DNA of 63,309 nucleotides, counting the filler, from Octopus bimaculoides (Eukaryota), in assembly GCF_001194135.2 (NCBI RefSeq). It is 7 parts of 5 records of this genome, joined end to end, with 100 filler letters (N's around TTAATTAATTAA, not from the genome) between each part and the next. Parts side by side here need not be neighbours in the genome. Positions count along the whole stretch, not along the records: positions 37,341 to 60,135 come from NC_068983.1; 6 more parts are not named here. One strand, given 5' to 3'. The notes beneath the pieces were generated by a model, which was not told where the DNA came from, did no database searches, and was given only the letters and a program-made list of their open reading frames with translations. Positions within the stretch are counted from its first letter, which is position 1. Every line of letters begins with the position of its first letter. The position numbers and the translations under genes were made by a program. This document shows positions 38,401-50,419 of the stretch, in pieces.

Positions 38401-39002
38401 CTTTTCATTATATGTTTTTGGTAATTTCATATTACAAAATTAATGTCCTTTACAGCTGTTTCAAAGATTCCACGACTGGTTGATGCTCTAATACATATTA
38501 TGCTAACAGGCGTATATAATAAGGCAAAAATTATACGAAGCAAATACGCAAAATCATTATCAACACGGTGCAGCAGTTCACTTTTGGCTAAATGTTTCTT
38601 CTGATGCTGTCTTACGAGGAAGAGAGCTTCACCTGACCCAAAACCAAACTACATTCCTTCTAATCTAAATCTCTGTTTAATTTGTTGAACAATAACACTT
38701 CTCTTCCTTAACATCTTGATTCTCTCTTATTCACTGTCTTGCAATCCGGAATGCCTCATGTCTATATCTTATACGTCTCTATCTCCTCATCCTTCCCGTC
38801 AAGTGTTTTTAAACTTCTCTAAATTTCTGACTGTTTGATGGATCATTAAGCTTCTATATCTTCCTTTCCCAGTGTGTGATTTTGCTGTTACAACCAACTA
38901 TCTATCCAATTTCTGGTGTGAATGCAGTCAATCTGGTTTGTATACCTACAAGATTGATAGGGGATCAGATGACTGGCTGATTTTCTGACATTTGTGTTGC
39001 AG

Positions 39003-39143
39003 TTCATTAAGCCTTTTGCGTCACAGGACTGCAAGAACTTTGTTTCCTCCTCAATTCAAAGGCCAAATGTATAGCCTCCATGCACACCATGGAATCCACT
39101 AGGATGTTGCCAAACGTGACCGTTGAAGCCACCAGCCACAAAG
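39003..39143 (+). CDS. Candidate start-codon exon (MHTMESTRMLPNVTVEATSHK)
   Basis: Pyrimidine-rich ...tgttgcAG acceptor, AAG|GTAAGG donor, accATGg context with an upstream in-frame stop; no homology recognised. Confidence 0.25.
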
Positions 39144-39607
39144 GTAAGGTCATTGTCATATCACATCGAATTAGTCTGCAAAAGGGTGTCAAAAGGACTG
39201 TCGTTTTTTCATACGGCAGACATAAAAGTTACTGTTCTATTTTCCGAGAGTAATGTGTGTGTGTGTGTGTAAATACATAGGTATATACATACATGCATGC
39301 ACACACACATAAGTATGTATATAGATACATATATATATATATATACATACATACCTANNNNNNNNNNNNNNNNNNNNNNNNNNNNNNNNNNNNNNNNNNN
39401 NNNNNNNNNNNNNNNNNNNNNNNNNNNNNNNNNNNNNNNNNNNNNNNNNNNNNNNNNNNNNNNNNNNNNNNNNNNNNNNNNNNNNNNNNNNNNNNNNNNN
39501 NNNNNNNNNNNNNNNNNNNNNNNNNNATATATATATATATATGTATAATGATATATATATACACACACACAAACATACATACGTACACACACACACATAT
39601 ATAATGA

Positions 39608-40520
39608 TCGAAATGTGGAGTAGATAAAGCAGCTGACAACTGTTCAAGGGTCGTTCTTTATGTTGCTTGTCTGGTTTTTCATTTGTTTCTTTCGTTGTTC
39701 GCAAAAATAGTTCATATTCCAGGTTTTCGTATTTCGTATTTCATGTTGTTTACGTTCTCTGACGTCCTGTACCCATATATGCATGTGTATGTACATATAT
39801 ATGTATACATGCAAATATATATATATATATATTATTTATATTATTATATGATTGAACGCCACCGATCCATGCCCAAGTAAGTTTTATTTCTCTTTCGCTT
39901 CCTCTCTCATCCCTTCTCTAATTCGTTTATTCTCTTCTTCTCCCCCTTTCGTTCTTCTCTCTCTCTCATCGTTTCTCTAATTCTTTTCCTCTCCCCTTCA
40001 CTGTTCTCTATCTGTCCCTCTCTCATCCTCCTTTACTCTCTCGTTGCTCACACGGGACCATCGGCCATCTTTGTTTTCTTAACTTGAGTTTCTTTCTTTT
40101 CTTCCGATCAGCTACAAGAGATCAGACGCATCCTTGTCTGTCTCCTGTCAAAGTTTGTTTCTCCAGTGTTCGCCACCTCGCCTCGTCATAGCTTAACAGC
40201 TCTTACCGTTTTCACTATCCTGTTTTTGTTATCAACTTTGACCCTCCGCAAATCCCAAATTTTAATAAATTTGCTTTGCAGGAGCAATTGTTTTGCCGAA
40301 GGCACATATTGTCGTAAATGCTCGAAATGTGGAGTAGATAAAACAGACGACAGCTGATGAAGGGTCGTTCTTTATGTTGCTTGTCTTGTTATCCATTTTT
40401 TCTTTCGTTGTTCGCCAAAAAAGTTCGTATTCCATGTTTTCGTATTTCGTATTTCATGTTGTTTACGTTCTATGACGTCCTGCACCCATATATGCATGTG
40501 TATGTACATACATATGTAAG
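39608..40520. mobile_element. Diverged ~200-bp direct repeats (39608-39805 / 40322-40520), probable Penelope pseudo-LTR arrangement
   Basis: cgaaatgtggagtagataaa...aagggtcgttctttatgttgcttgtc...gacgtcctg(t/c)acccatatatgcatgtgtatgtaca occurs twice; the PLE assignment is inference. Confidence 0.6.
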
Positions 40521-41193
40521 TATGTTCATATATGTATGTATACATGCATATATATATTATTTATATTATTTTATATTATATATATATATACATATATAAT
40601 ACAATACATACATACATACATACATGCATACATACAAACATACATTCATACATACATACATACATACATACATACATACATACATACATACATAATTGTG
40701 TGTGATACAGGAGGAAGCGGTTATAACATATCCGGTCCGAAAGTTTCATTCATTTAGACTTTCGGTCGGTTGCACACAAACCGCTGATGAATACAGTTAA
40801 CGAAAAGGATGGTTGCACATCCGGATATATAGCACTCTGTAACTCACATGTGACAAACGTACACTACTACTACTACTACTACCACCGCCACTAAAACCAC
40901 CACCACCATCACTACTACTACTACAACACTTTTTTAATACAAGTGCACATATTGCTCTTTTATAATATATCTTTGAACAATAAAATGAGAAAAAGTTATA
41001 TTTATGTACATACATACATGCATACAGCCACATGTGTGTGTGTGTGTGTGTGTGTATGTGTGTGTGTATGTGTGTGTGTGTGTATGTGTGTGTGTGTATG
41101 TGTGTGTGTGTGTGTGTGTGTCTTTTACATAATGCAAGTATTATCTGAAATAGAACTCAATACATTGTTCGTCAAATCCAAAAACGATATATA

Positions 41194-41229
<36 letters not shown>

Positions 41230-41274
41230 TGTATGTATGCATGCATGTAGATATATATGTATGTTTGCATTACG

Positions 41275-41495
41275 TCAAAAGCTGACTTCCTACGCTGAAT
41301 TTCGATCTTGGCTGTTTCTGACTGTCGTGAACAGCCAAAGGAAAGTTCAGACGAGATTGTTTGCTTCTGGTTATAATATATATCGATATGGGTCCATAAA
41401 ATAAGTACCAGCTGAACACTACAGTCGATGTAAACGACTTACTCCACTCCAAAATTGCTGCACTGGTCTTGTGCAAAAATTTGAAATCACTATAA
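41275..41495 (+). mobile_element. SINE group C (degraded)
   Basis: gggtccataaaataagtaccagctgaacactacagtcgatgtaaacgactt...gtcttgtgcaaaaatttgaaa. Confidence 0.65.
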
Positions 41496-41547
41496 CGTGT
41501 ATGTATGTATGTATGTATGTATGTATGTATGTATGTATGTATGTATG

Positions 41548-42275
41548 TCATTGTTCAGTTCATTTCAAGATTTCTTTCCAATAGTTAAAGAGCCAGTTTC
41601 TAACCTAGATTCAAGGCTCCTTCATTGGAATTTCAACATCAAGAACAGGGTACTTTTGTTTAAATGTATGTATATATGCAGGTTTGTATGTTTTGCTTTA
41701 GGCATGCATTCTCATGCATATAGTTGCATATCTACATATGTTCGTATATATTTTAAATCATAAACTTCTGGAAAGTTTTACAGTTCCAATGATGGACTGG
41801 ATATGTAGTCTTCGAATTAGTGTTTTCCATTCTGGTTTTGAGAAACCTAATTTTTTCAAGCTTGGTATTTACGTAGTGTGTTACATATACCAGGGCTTCA
41901 ATAATTACATATATAAACCTGAACTTGTAATCTGGATAGAGTAACCGCAGATTTCTCGATAGCTCAGCGTAGGTGTTTTCTTTTTCACTGATCTTCAGCT
42001 TTATGTTAACATCCGCTGGGCAGCTAATTTCCCCAACTGTACACAGTTTTTCTTCTCTATCCCAAATCATTATATCAGGTCTGTTGTGCTTATATTTTAT
42101 CGAGGTCTTCACTGGGACATTCCACTAGTACTTCCTTTTATTATGAGTGGCTGTGGCTTCAACCTTACTGTGGGTTCTTATTTCCTTGTCCTCGGGGTTA
42201 TCCTTTTGACTGATTTCATTGTAGAGTGTCCTAGCTACATCATGCCTCATCGATAGATAATACCGTGATGATATT
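41548..42275 (-). mobile_element. Second copy of the (CATA)n-flanked R4/Dong-like LINE (3' part)
   Basis: KHNRPDIMIWDREEKLCTVGEISCPADVNIKLKISEKENTYAEL; 3' UTR matches 3762-3870. Confidence 0.92.
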
Positions 42276-42840
42276 ATGTATGTATATATGTATGTATGTA
42301 TGTATGTCTGTCTGTATGTATGTATGTATGTATGTATGTATGTATGTATGTCCAGGATAGGTGGAGCTCTCCAGCCCTGTAAGGCAATTCACATAGGAAA
42401 ATGCCAATCTAATATAAAACCTACAGCTAGCTGGCTACTGCAGCTCTCTTAGCCCACTGAGCCACTGTGATCAGACTGTCAAGTCTGAAGAGTGGGATCC
42501 GATTGCACGGTGACTTCTACTTAAAAACTACTCAGCCCAAGCTGAAAAAATAAATAATTAAGCCGTGCAGCGTTAATGATCAGTTTACATAGTCACTTGA
42601 GAACGTACCACCTTTCCTCAGGATCTTCGGATTGAAAGAACTATCAGTCATCAACTTGTATGTACATAAGTATACATGTATGCATTGCATGTATGTCTTC
42701 TCTTTTTTTTCTGTTTTTATTTTCAATTTAGAGTACATTTTGGTTGTCCACCTACTTGGTAGCGAATGTTGTGAAAGAAAGCAGCTTGTTTTGTTCGTCA
42801 TTCTTAAAATCTTAAGGTCATGTATATATGTATGCATGTA

Positions 42841-43703
42841 CGATGTCTGATCAATAAGTATCCGGACTGTTGCCATAGTAACGAAGCTAAATCACGCAGA
42901 GTGAAGCCGCTAGGCAAAAATTGACCTTGAACTCTGCTGTGCATGCGCACTAAGTTTTATCGTTCTGGTTCGCTTCCGCTGTTTACAGCAGTGCTTGGGA
43001 GGAAGGTGTGTAGCGTGTGATCGTCGCATTGACCATGACTGAAAGTTGAGCAAAGAATTTGCATCAAATTTTGCCAAAAGCATGACGATACCTGCTCAGA
43101 GGCCTACGCAAAGTTTTCAAAAAGTTTTCATTCTTCTCAACACAATCAAGGAGATTTTGTGGAACTGAAACCAGAGTGTCTTTTGGTCAGCTGAAAGTAG
43201 TTTTGGCACAAACTTGGCAGACACGCGTCTCATACCTAAATCTTCAATGATAATGGATTTAACTGAACCGCAACTAATCTGCACATCCTCTGATAACTCG
43301 TGGATGGTGATTCGAGGACTTCCCCTCACAGCTGCACGCACATCTGCGATGTTTTTCGCAGTTCTGCTGGACGCGGGTCTGCCAGAATGTTCGTCAATAT
43401 CGACATTTATTCGGCCATCTTGGAAATGTCTGAACCACTCATACACTTGTGTGCAGCTCATATACTCCTCTCCATACACTTTCTGCAACGTTGCGTAGGC
43501 CACTGAGCGGGTATAGCCATGACAACTTTCTCTGTCATGCTACACACCTTCACACGTTACACACCTTCCTTCCAGGCACTGCTATAAACAGTGGAAGTGA
43601 TCTAGAGCAGAGTTCCAGGTCAATGTTTGCCAAGCGGCTTCATGCTGCGTGCTTTAGCTTCGTTACTATGGCAACAGTCCGGATACTTATTGGTCAGACC
43701 TCC
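42841..43703. mobile_element. Fold-back mariner derivative made of two inverted 5' ends, TA-flanked
   Basis: TIR gtctga(t/c)caataagtatccggactgttgccatagtaacgaagctaaa at both ends; minus arm encodes HTH region VYGEEYMSCTQVYEWFRHFQDGR..SGRP..RRVSAKFVPKLL; plus arm encodes the N-terminus EQRICIKFCQK. Confidence 0.92.
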
Positions 43704-43743
43704 TATGTATGTATGTATGTATGTACGTAAGCACGTACGTATG

Positions 43744-43777
<34 letters not shown>

Positions 43778-43974
43778 TTTATGTATGCATGCATGTATGT
43801 ATGTGCGCGCGGGCGGGCGCGGGCGGGCGCGTGTGTATGTGTGTGTCTGCATGTATGCATGCATGTATGTATGTATGTGCGCGCGGGCGCGTGTGTATGT
43901 GTGTGTCTGTATGTATGTATACATGCAGGAAAGTTGTGAGCTCCTAAAATTGGTCACCATATAATGGGCTGGAG

Positions 43975-44248
43975 CAGAGCTTCTCAAACTATCTGATGTG
44001 GCGTACCGGAAGTTTTTTTTTCCCAATGTGCCAGGGACCGGTAATATTTCTTAGTAATATTAACTTATTCCGGAAATAATATATATATAATGAATATAAT
44101 AAAAGTTGACAATTTTTGTCTATCTTATATTTATTTTGTAAACAAATAATACAGTATTACATAAGCATTTTATAATGTCTCGTTCTTTCCTGGAAACTCG
44201 CCGCGTAACGGCAGCTGATGGCTCGGACCACCACTTTGAGTAGCACTG
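43975..44248. mobile_element. hAT-family MITE
   Basis: TIRs cagagcttctcaaact / actttgagtagcactg; 8-bp TSD ggctggag / ggctagag. Confidence 0.9.
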
Positions 44249-44918
44249 GGCTAGAGGACATCAGCTGAGATGAGAGCATATAATCTATGCAGCAAATGAA
44301 ATCTACGTTCATACGTTCTGTTTTTTGCTTCTTTTTTAGCTTTTATTATTATTATTATTGTTATTATTATTATTAAAGTCAAAATTAAAAGAAGAGTGCC
44401 ATTGTTATCTAGTGAACGATATTTCGACATCTTGTGTGTCTTCAACTGGTTCAAAAAATAAATTTGTCAATCTACTTCATTTTGGTTAATCTAGAAAGGA
44501 TTTGTTTACCATGTGTTTATCAAAGTGTGACACTCGTGATCCGTCACGATAGTTTACCATCCAAGAAAATTGTATGTGACAATTTTCGAACAAAACCTCT
44601 TAACCCCGCAATCTTTTTCGTATAAATCAACGATCTACCTACATGCAGTCACCTCCAGCAATGCAAACGTCTACAAAGAGGATAGCACCTTTCATACACC
44701 TCTAATATTCATCCGCATGCAACCAAGACACCTACACTTCACTAAAAGTGTCATCCACGTGAAACTTAGACTGCTCGTAACAAAAACGGCAAAGAATCGC
44801 GCCAAAAATGTTAGTGTCTGCCTAAATGAAGGTGTTGTCAAGTGACTGAAGCAGACTGTCTAAGAGTGAAGAAGGAACTTTCTGAAAATCTTGTTGAGAA
44901 TTCCAATTTATGATTATA

Positions 44919-45141
44919 GGTAAGTTCATTGCCATCAATTCATGGCAGGGACAGTTCGCCGCCATCAATTCACCGTGAAGAAAGTTCAATGTAAGGAAAG
45001 TTCACCGCAAGGATTGTTTACCGAGAAAGTATATCCATTGTATCTCACCATTAATAGTCAAAAACTATGTCATTGAGAAAAAAGCGGTGAATTGATGACG
45101 ATGGACTTTCTCTGCAGTGAATTGATGGCAGTGAACTTACC
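44919..45141. mobile_element. MITE with ~57-bp imperfect TIRs carrying ccatcaattca sub-repeats
   Basis: ggtaagttcattgccatcaattca...caattcaccg versus cggtgaattg...tgaattgatggcagtgaacttacc. Confidence 0.8.
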
Positions 45142-45431
45142 AGACATGCGAATTTATAACTATTCTAATGTCAAAACATTGTCAGTGAAAAGGGAAGTGA
45201 ATAGGTTTATCTGAGTTGAGCGGAGTTTCCAAGTGCAAATCTAGAGATTAATGGGAAAAAAAAACTTATAGAAATATCCAAATCAAGGTTTCAGTTCCTG
45301 ATTGAGAATCCAGGATCTAGTCACTTCAAATCTATTCACAGAGGCCTTGAAAACATCTTTCAATGGGTCCATCTGAATCTTGCTTCCTTCAATAACACAA
45401 TCATATGCATGTCAAAAAATAAATAGACACG

Positions 45432-45958
45432 GGCGTAAACGTGGTTGTGTGGTAAGAAGCTTGCTCCCCGGTTCAATCCCACTGCGTGGTACTTTAGGTA
45501 AATGTTTTCTACTATAGCCTTGGGCCGACCAAAGCCTTGTGAGTGGATTCGGTTGATGAACGCTGAAAGAAGCCTGTCGTGAGTATGTATATAATGTAAC
45601 TACACACGGACTGTTGGCAATTTTTTCCTCCTTCTTCTTTTCTTTTGGACTTTTCTATGTCTCCTGTTTCCGAAGAGGAGCTTTGCTCGAAACGTAAAAC
45701 AACCACTCTTTCTTTCCTTCTCTGAGCGTCGTATTAATACTTTGCATGTACCACGCCCTCACGTTGTTTTTTCTTGTATTTTTCTCGTTTTTTTTAAAAT
45801 TAATTATGCATGTGTGTGTTTGTGTGTTCTTGTGTGTGTGTGTGTGTGCATGTACGCGCGCGCGTCTGTGTATGTGGTGTGACTTTATGTCAATGATTCC
45901 CTCCACCACTGTCTGACAACTGATGTGGGGTTGTGGACGTCCCGTAACNNNNNNNNNN

Positions 45959-46016
<58 letters not shown>

Positions 46017-46272
46017 TGTGTTTGTGTGTGTGTGTGTGTGCATGTACGCGCGCGCGTCTGTGTATGTGGTGTGACTTTATGTCAATGATTCCCTCCACCA
46101 CTGTCTGACAACTGATGTGGGGTTGTGGACGTCCCGTAACTTTGCAATTTAGCAAAAAGAGACCGATGAAATAAGTACTAGATTGGATTTATTCGACTAG
46201 AAAATTCTTCAAGACGGTCCTCCAGCAAAGTTGCGGTCTAATGACTGAAACAAGTAAAAAATAAAATCTAAA
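45432..46272 (+). mobile_element. SINE group B (head, expanded spacer with foreign insert, tail partly duplicated across a gap)
   Basis: Head 45432-45595; tail 45830-46272. Confidence 0.8.
45665..45701 (+). ncRNA. Minimal type-I hammerhead ribozyme-like motif (PLE type), core U4 to C variant
   Basis: tgttt-CCGAAGA-g-gagc(ttt)gctc-GAAA-cg-TA-aaaca: stem I 5 bp, stem II 4 bp, palindromic ACGU stem III. Confidence 0.6.
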
Positions 46273-46329
46273 AGAATATGGCACACCCCACCAGCACACA
46301 CACCAACAACATGTGTCTAGAACTCCCAA

Positions 46330-46680
46330 AGTTGATACAAAAGCAAGGTCTCACCATAATTGAGGATCTCTTCTGGTGAATATACATCTTCAACATAGCA
46401 AAGACTATGTCTCAAAGACCGGCCTTCAGAAATACGAACTATCCAGAAAACTTCGAGGAATTCCACAATAGAATACTGCTCCCACCTCTGCGGTAGTGCT
46501 ACTGTTACACACAAGTTCTTGATACTGTATCACAAACACACTACATTGTGCTGTCTATTCTCTCTGTCTTTCTACCAGTACTACAGAGGATTGGCAGGTG
46601 CCTTGCTACCCCCACTCAGTCATCCTCACCTCATTTATCTCTACTCCATCTGTAACCCATCGTGTATCAACCCAGGCCTC
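46330..46680 (+). mobile_element. CR1/L2-group LINE RT C-terminal remnant
   Basis: STIEYCSHLCGSA and SLSFYQYYRGLAGALLPP resemble the EYCSHLWG and SLFYRYY motifs. Confidence 0.6.
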
Positions 46681-47149
46681 ACACACAGGGCAGGATTTAA
46701 AGTTTGGGTAGGGCGGGGAGTTTCAAGTTCGGTGGTCCCCTTATACATAAAAATTAAAATCCATGAAAAATCACCAAAATTTACGTTTCAAAATCTGCTT
46801 ATTGCATGTTACTGAAATTCAGTTGGCACATAGAAAGTTTAGATGCAACTGTCAATGCAAAATTTTGTCATCTAAACTGAGCATCGCGTGTGTTTATAGA
46901 AGAAATTGTGCAGCATACAGTCTTTTGTAAGCTCGGCTCACGTTTCACCCCATCTCTACAGGTACTTTTAATCCATAATAAAGGGCATGTTGATACTTTT
47001 CCAACTGTTGATGTAGCTCTTAGAATATATTTGAACTAGATGGTCACTAGTTGTTCAGGAGAGAGGCATTAACTAAACTGAGACTGATAAATAATTATTT
47101 GAGAACCACAATGATGTATGAAAGACTAAGTACTCTGTGCCTTCTGGAT

Positions 47150-47720
47150 GTACAAAACTGTGTTCTAAAGACGATATAATTCAAGGAAATCAGGCTTGAC
47201 ATTAAAGTACAGTAAAAGCAATAAACTTCACTCTTTGATGGATTGTACAGGAACCACTTCTTTAAACATTGCTTACCATCCTCACAAATCATATAAAAGA
47301 TTGAAGTTTTAAAATAATGACAATGTCCATTTAGTTTGCTTCCACCTCATTTTTTTTTATAATGGCATCGAGATTATAGGTTGTGAAAGAACATGGACCA
47401 TATTTCTTTCTGACAGAAAACTAACTGGTTCTGTCTTGATTCCAAGATGGCACTTTGCTATATATGTCAGTAGGATGCGATGATTCTTCATCTTCAATAT
47501 CTTGAATTGATACGTTTCTCCTATTTTTTGCAGATGCACTTGGGAGCGTAGCTAGTTTCTCAAAAGAGACAACTGTTACTGACTCTTCATTACCTTCCAA
47601 ATTTTAGTTTTTTCGAAGCAAAGAAAAATTCTGCAAGGTGTTTTGTCTTTGTCAATGCAGTAGCATTTTTCTTTTTTACTTCTTTCTTCTGAAATTATTT
47701 GGTGACAACTGCATATTCCG
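47150..47720 (-). pseudogene. Fossil hAT transposase N-terminus (TTF-type zinc finger)
   Basis: QKKEVKKKNATALTKTKHLAEFF and HYFKTSIFYMICEDGKQCLKKWFLYNPSKSEVYCFYC. Confidence 0.7.
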
Positions 47721-48806
47721 TGGTATACTGGATATTCTGTGTGAAAATATAATCGGAATAAAAGCAAAGAGAAAATAGTCGCAAAAACAGAACAAGAACT
47801 AACAACAGCCATGTTAGTCACTTTGATCTAGTCACAGGCATACTAAGCCAGGTTGTTTATACATACTTCTGTTATTCTTACGTCTGGGACTGATAAGGAG
47901 GCCTGCAACTAAAGTAAACCAAATGTTAATAGAAAAGAGTTCAAGCGATTGACAACAAATTGGGGATACAGATTAAGGATTTCGTTTCTATTAAATTACT
48001 TTCCTTCAAAATTATTTCACTTTCATTGGGGCCTGGAAACGAAGAAGCGTCATAAACACTTCAGGTTTGAAAAGGAATTGTGTATTTCATGGATCCCTCT
48101 AAACTTCAAACAACCATGTAATGACATTTAAGCGTACAATTCAACTTTCACTTTTGTTAATTAAAATGGCGTCTGCAGATGTAACGGTTCAAATCACTTT
48201 GTGAGGGAAGAGGCTATTTTGGATTGCAATAAAGTTGTGTGGTTTAAGTGACGTCCTTGAGTTTATTTTTAGGTTTCGACATTTTTCTGATTTTTAAAAA
48301 TATCCACCTATTTACGACCAGGAAGTTATAGTGATAAACATCCGCTGAAATAAGAACAAATGTTCAATAAAGATTACTGAAAATTGGCAGCAGCAGACAA
48401 ATTGAAAAATCAATTTGAGGAATAGCACTGGAAACAGTGACAGGTATGAAATCACTATTTTTTTGCGAACGAAACACAAAAGTAACATTGACAACAAATT
48501 GGTAGGCTAACGATGATGAAAAATATATGAAAATATAAAGAAAGAAAATATTAGGTTTAATGGAAATTTGAGCAAATCATATTCCAAAGCTGAAAGGAAG
48601 GAAAACAGTTTTTATCTGTGGAGTGATATTACACGAAAGAGAAACTTTTGTAGTCTGAACAATAAATGAAAAATTTAAATTTTGTAAGTTAGACAGTCTT
48701 AATTTTTTGTTTTTGTTTTCGTAAATATGTTTAACGTATCAATTAACTACCGAATGAGCATAATAACTTTAGGGAGTGGCAATATATGTGAGTGCATGCA
48801 TGTGTG

Positions 48807-48840
<34 letters not shown>

Positions 48841-49164
48841 NNNNNNNNNNNNNNNNNNNNNNNNNNNNNNNNNNNNNNNNNNNNNNNNNNNNNNNNNNNN
48901 NNNNNNNNNNNNNNNNNNNNNNNNNNNNNNNNNNNNNNNNNNNNNNNNNNNNNNNNNNNNNNNNNNNNNNNNNNNNNNNNNNNNNNNNNNNNNNNNNNNN
49001 NNNNNNNNNNNNNNNNNNNNNNNNNNNNNNNNNNNNNNNNNNNNNNNNNNNNNNNNNNNNNNNNNNNNNNNNNNNNNNNNNNNNNNNNNNNNNNNNNNNN
49101 NNNNNNNNNNNNNNNNNNNNNNNNNNNNNNNNNNNNNNNNNNNNNNNNNNNNNNNNNNNNNNNN

Positions 49165-49273
49165 GGAAAGACAGGGTCTTCCAGTACAGAGGGCCACTAC
49201 TTGTGGAAGGGAGCCCCGACAGTTGAGGAACCCGGGGCAATTGCCCCTTGTGCCCCTTCTAAATCCGGCTACG
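49165..49273. mobile_element. GC-rich hAT-like terminal sequence (...ggggcaattgcccc...taaatccggctac)
   Basis: End resembles the reverse complement of cagggcaggattta at 46686; partner end uncertain because of the gap. Confidence 0.5.
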
Positions 49274-50419
49274 TTTCCACTAACCATTCTGCTCAGTCTT
49301 ACCAGCCCCAGAATACCGTTCCTCTAAAATTTATCTCACTCATATACTTATGTCTTTTTCTTGAACCAATTCGAGTAGAATAAAAACTGCATCATTTTCG
49401 CCTGTCTCGGAGGGCCTGATATAGATACAATAGCTTTCTCCAAATCGAGCTAACAAAAAAAAAAAAAAATGTTTATATTTTTATAGGTAGTTGCCCACTA
49501 TTGTTATAAGCTGGGAATTGAACCAGACGATCCTACCCCTTGCCCAAGTTGCCAAAATACCCTTCCACTGCGAAATTAAATTTCATGGCTTTTCTAGTAA
49601 TGTTATTAAATATCCAAAATAAATAAGTCAAAAGTAGAACTGGTATTTTCAGCCAGTCATTTTGCCTTAATAAACGTGACATATCTGAAGAGAAAATAGT
49701 TTCAAACACGACTTGCTCCAACAGAAGACAAATTGGTGTATAAAACTGCTTCCTGTAGTTAAGGGTAATGAAAATTTGAGCGGATACAACAGATTTCCGC
49801 AGTAAAAGGGTTAATTCTACAGTAAAAATAAATAAGTATTGATATGAGTCTGTATATCAAGGCATTAATAATCGACGTCGTATTGGAGCTCTAGGAATTA
49901 GACCACGTCTAACAAGCTCTAAGGCAGTATCATAGAGAAGTATAGTTCACCGTTGTAAGCAGTTGGCAGTGCTGTAAAAACTAGTCTTTATTTTGTGAGC
50001 TTGCCTCTGAGTTTAGCTGCCTCTGAATATAGCTTCAATAGGGATATACTCCTCTAGGCTTGTAAGGATATAAATCAGTTATTCTCATGTTTTTCCCCTT
50101 TTTTATTGTTTTAGTCGGGTGGATCCCTATAGCCATTCGATGTATAGAAAATCTAATTGTATTTTTATAACTGAATATTATTAGGAATTGTATGAAGAAA
50201 ATCTTGTTAAAATATTTTGTGTATTGTACACGTATAACCAATTTATTGCGCATAAATTTTAGCAACAAAATCTTACATGAATCCCCAAGGGTCTTATGAA
50301 CTCCCGTTGAAAACCACTGATATAAACTATCAATATCCGAAAATAAAAATAAATTATAAAAAGACCTTTATTATAGTATTGACAGGGTACAATAAGGATA
50401 TAAATCATTATCATATTTG

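Noticed and set aside
40784-40815. CTGATGA...GAAA as a hammerhead
   Set aside because: Intervening atacagttaac cannot form stem II and there is no valid stem III/UH site; at best a decayed relic
42485-42545. ctgaagagtggga...ctacttaaaaactactcag as a CpG-decayed hammerhead
   Set aside because: Needs several assumed back-mutations; not supportable from this copy
45830-46140. Exact duplication of about 120 bp in the SINE-B tail
   Set aside because: Straddles a 10-N gap; assembly overlap artefact
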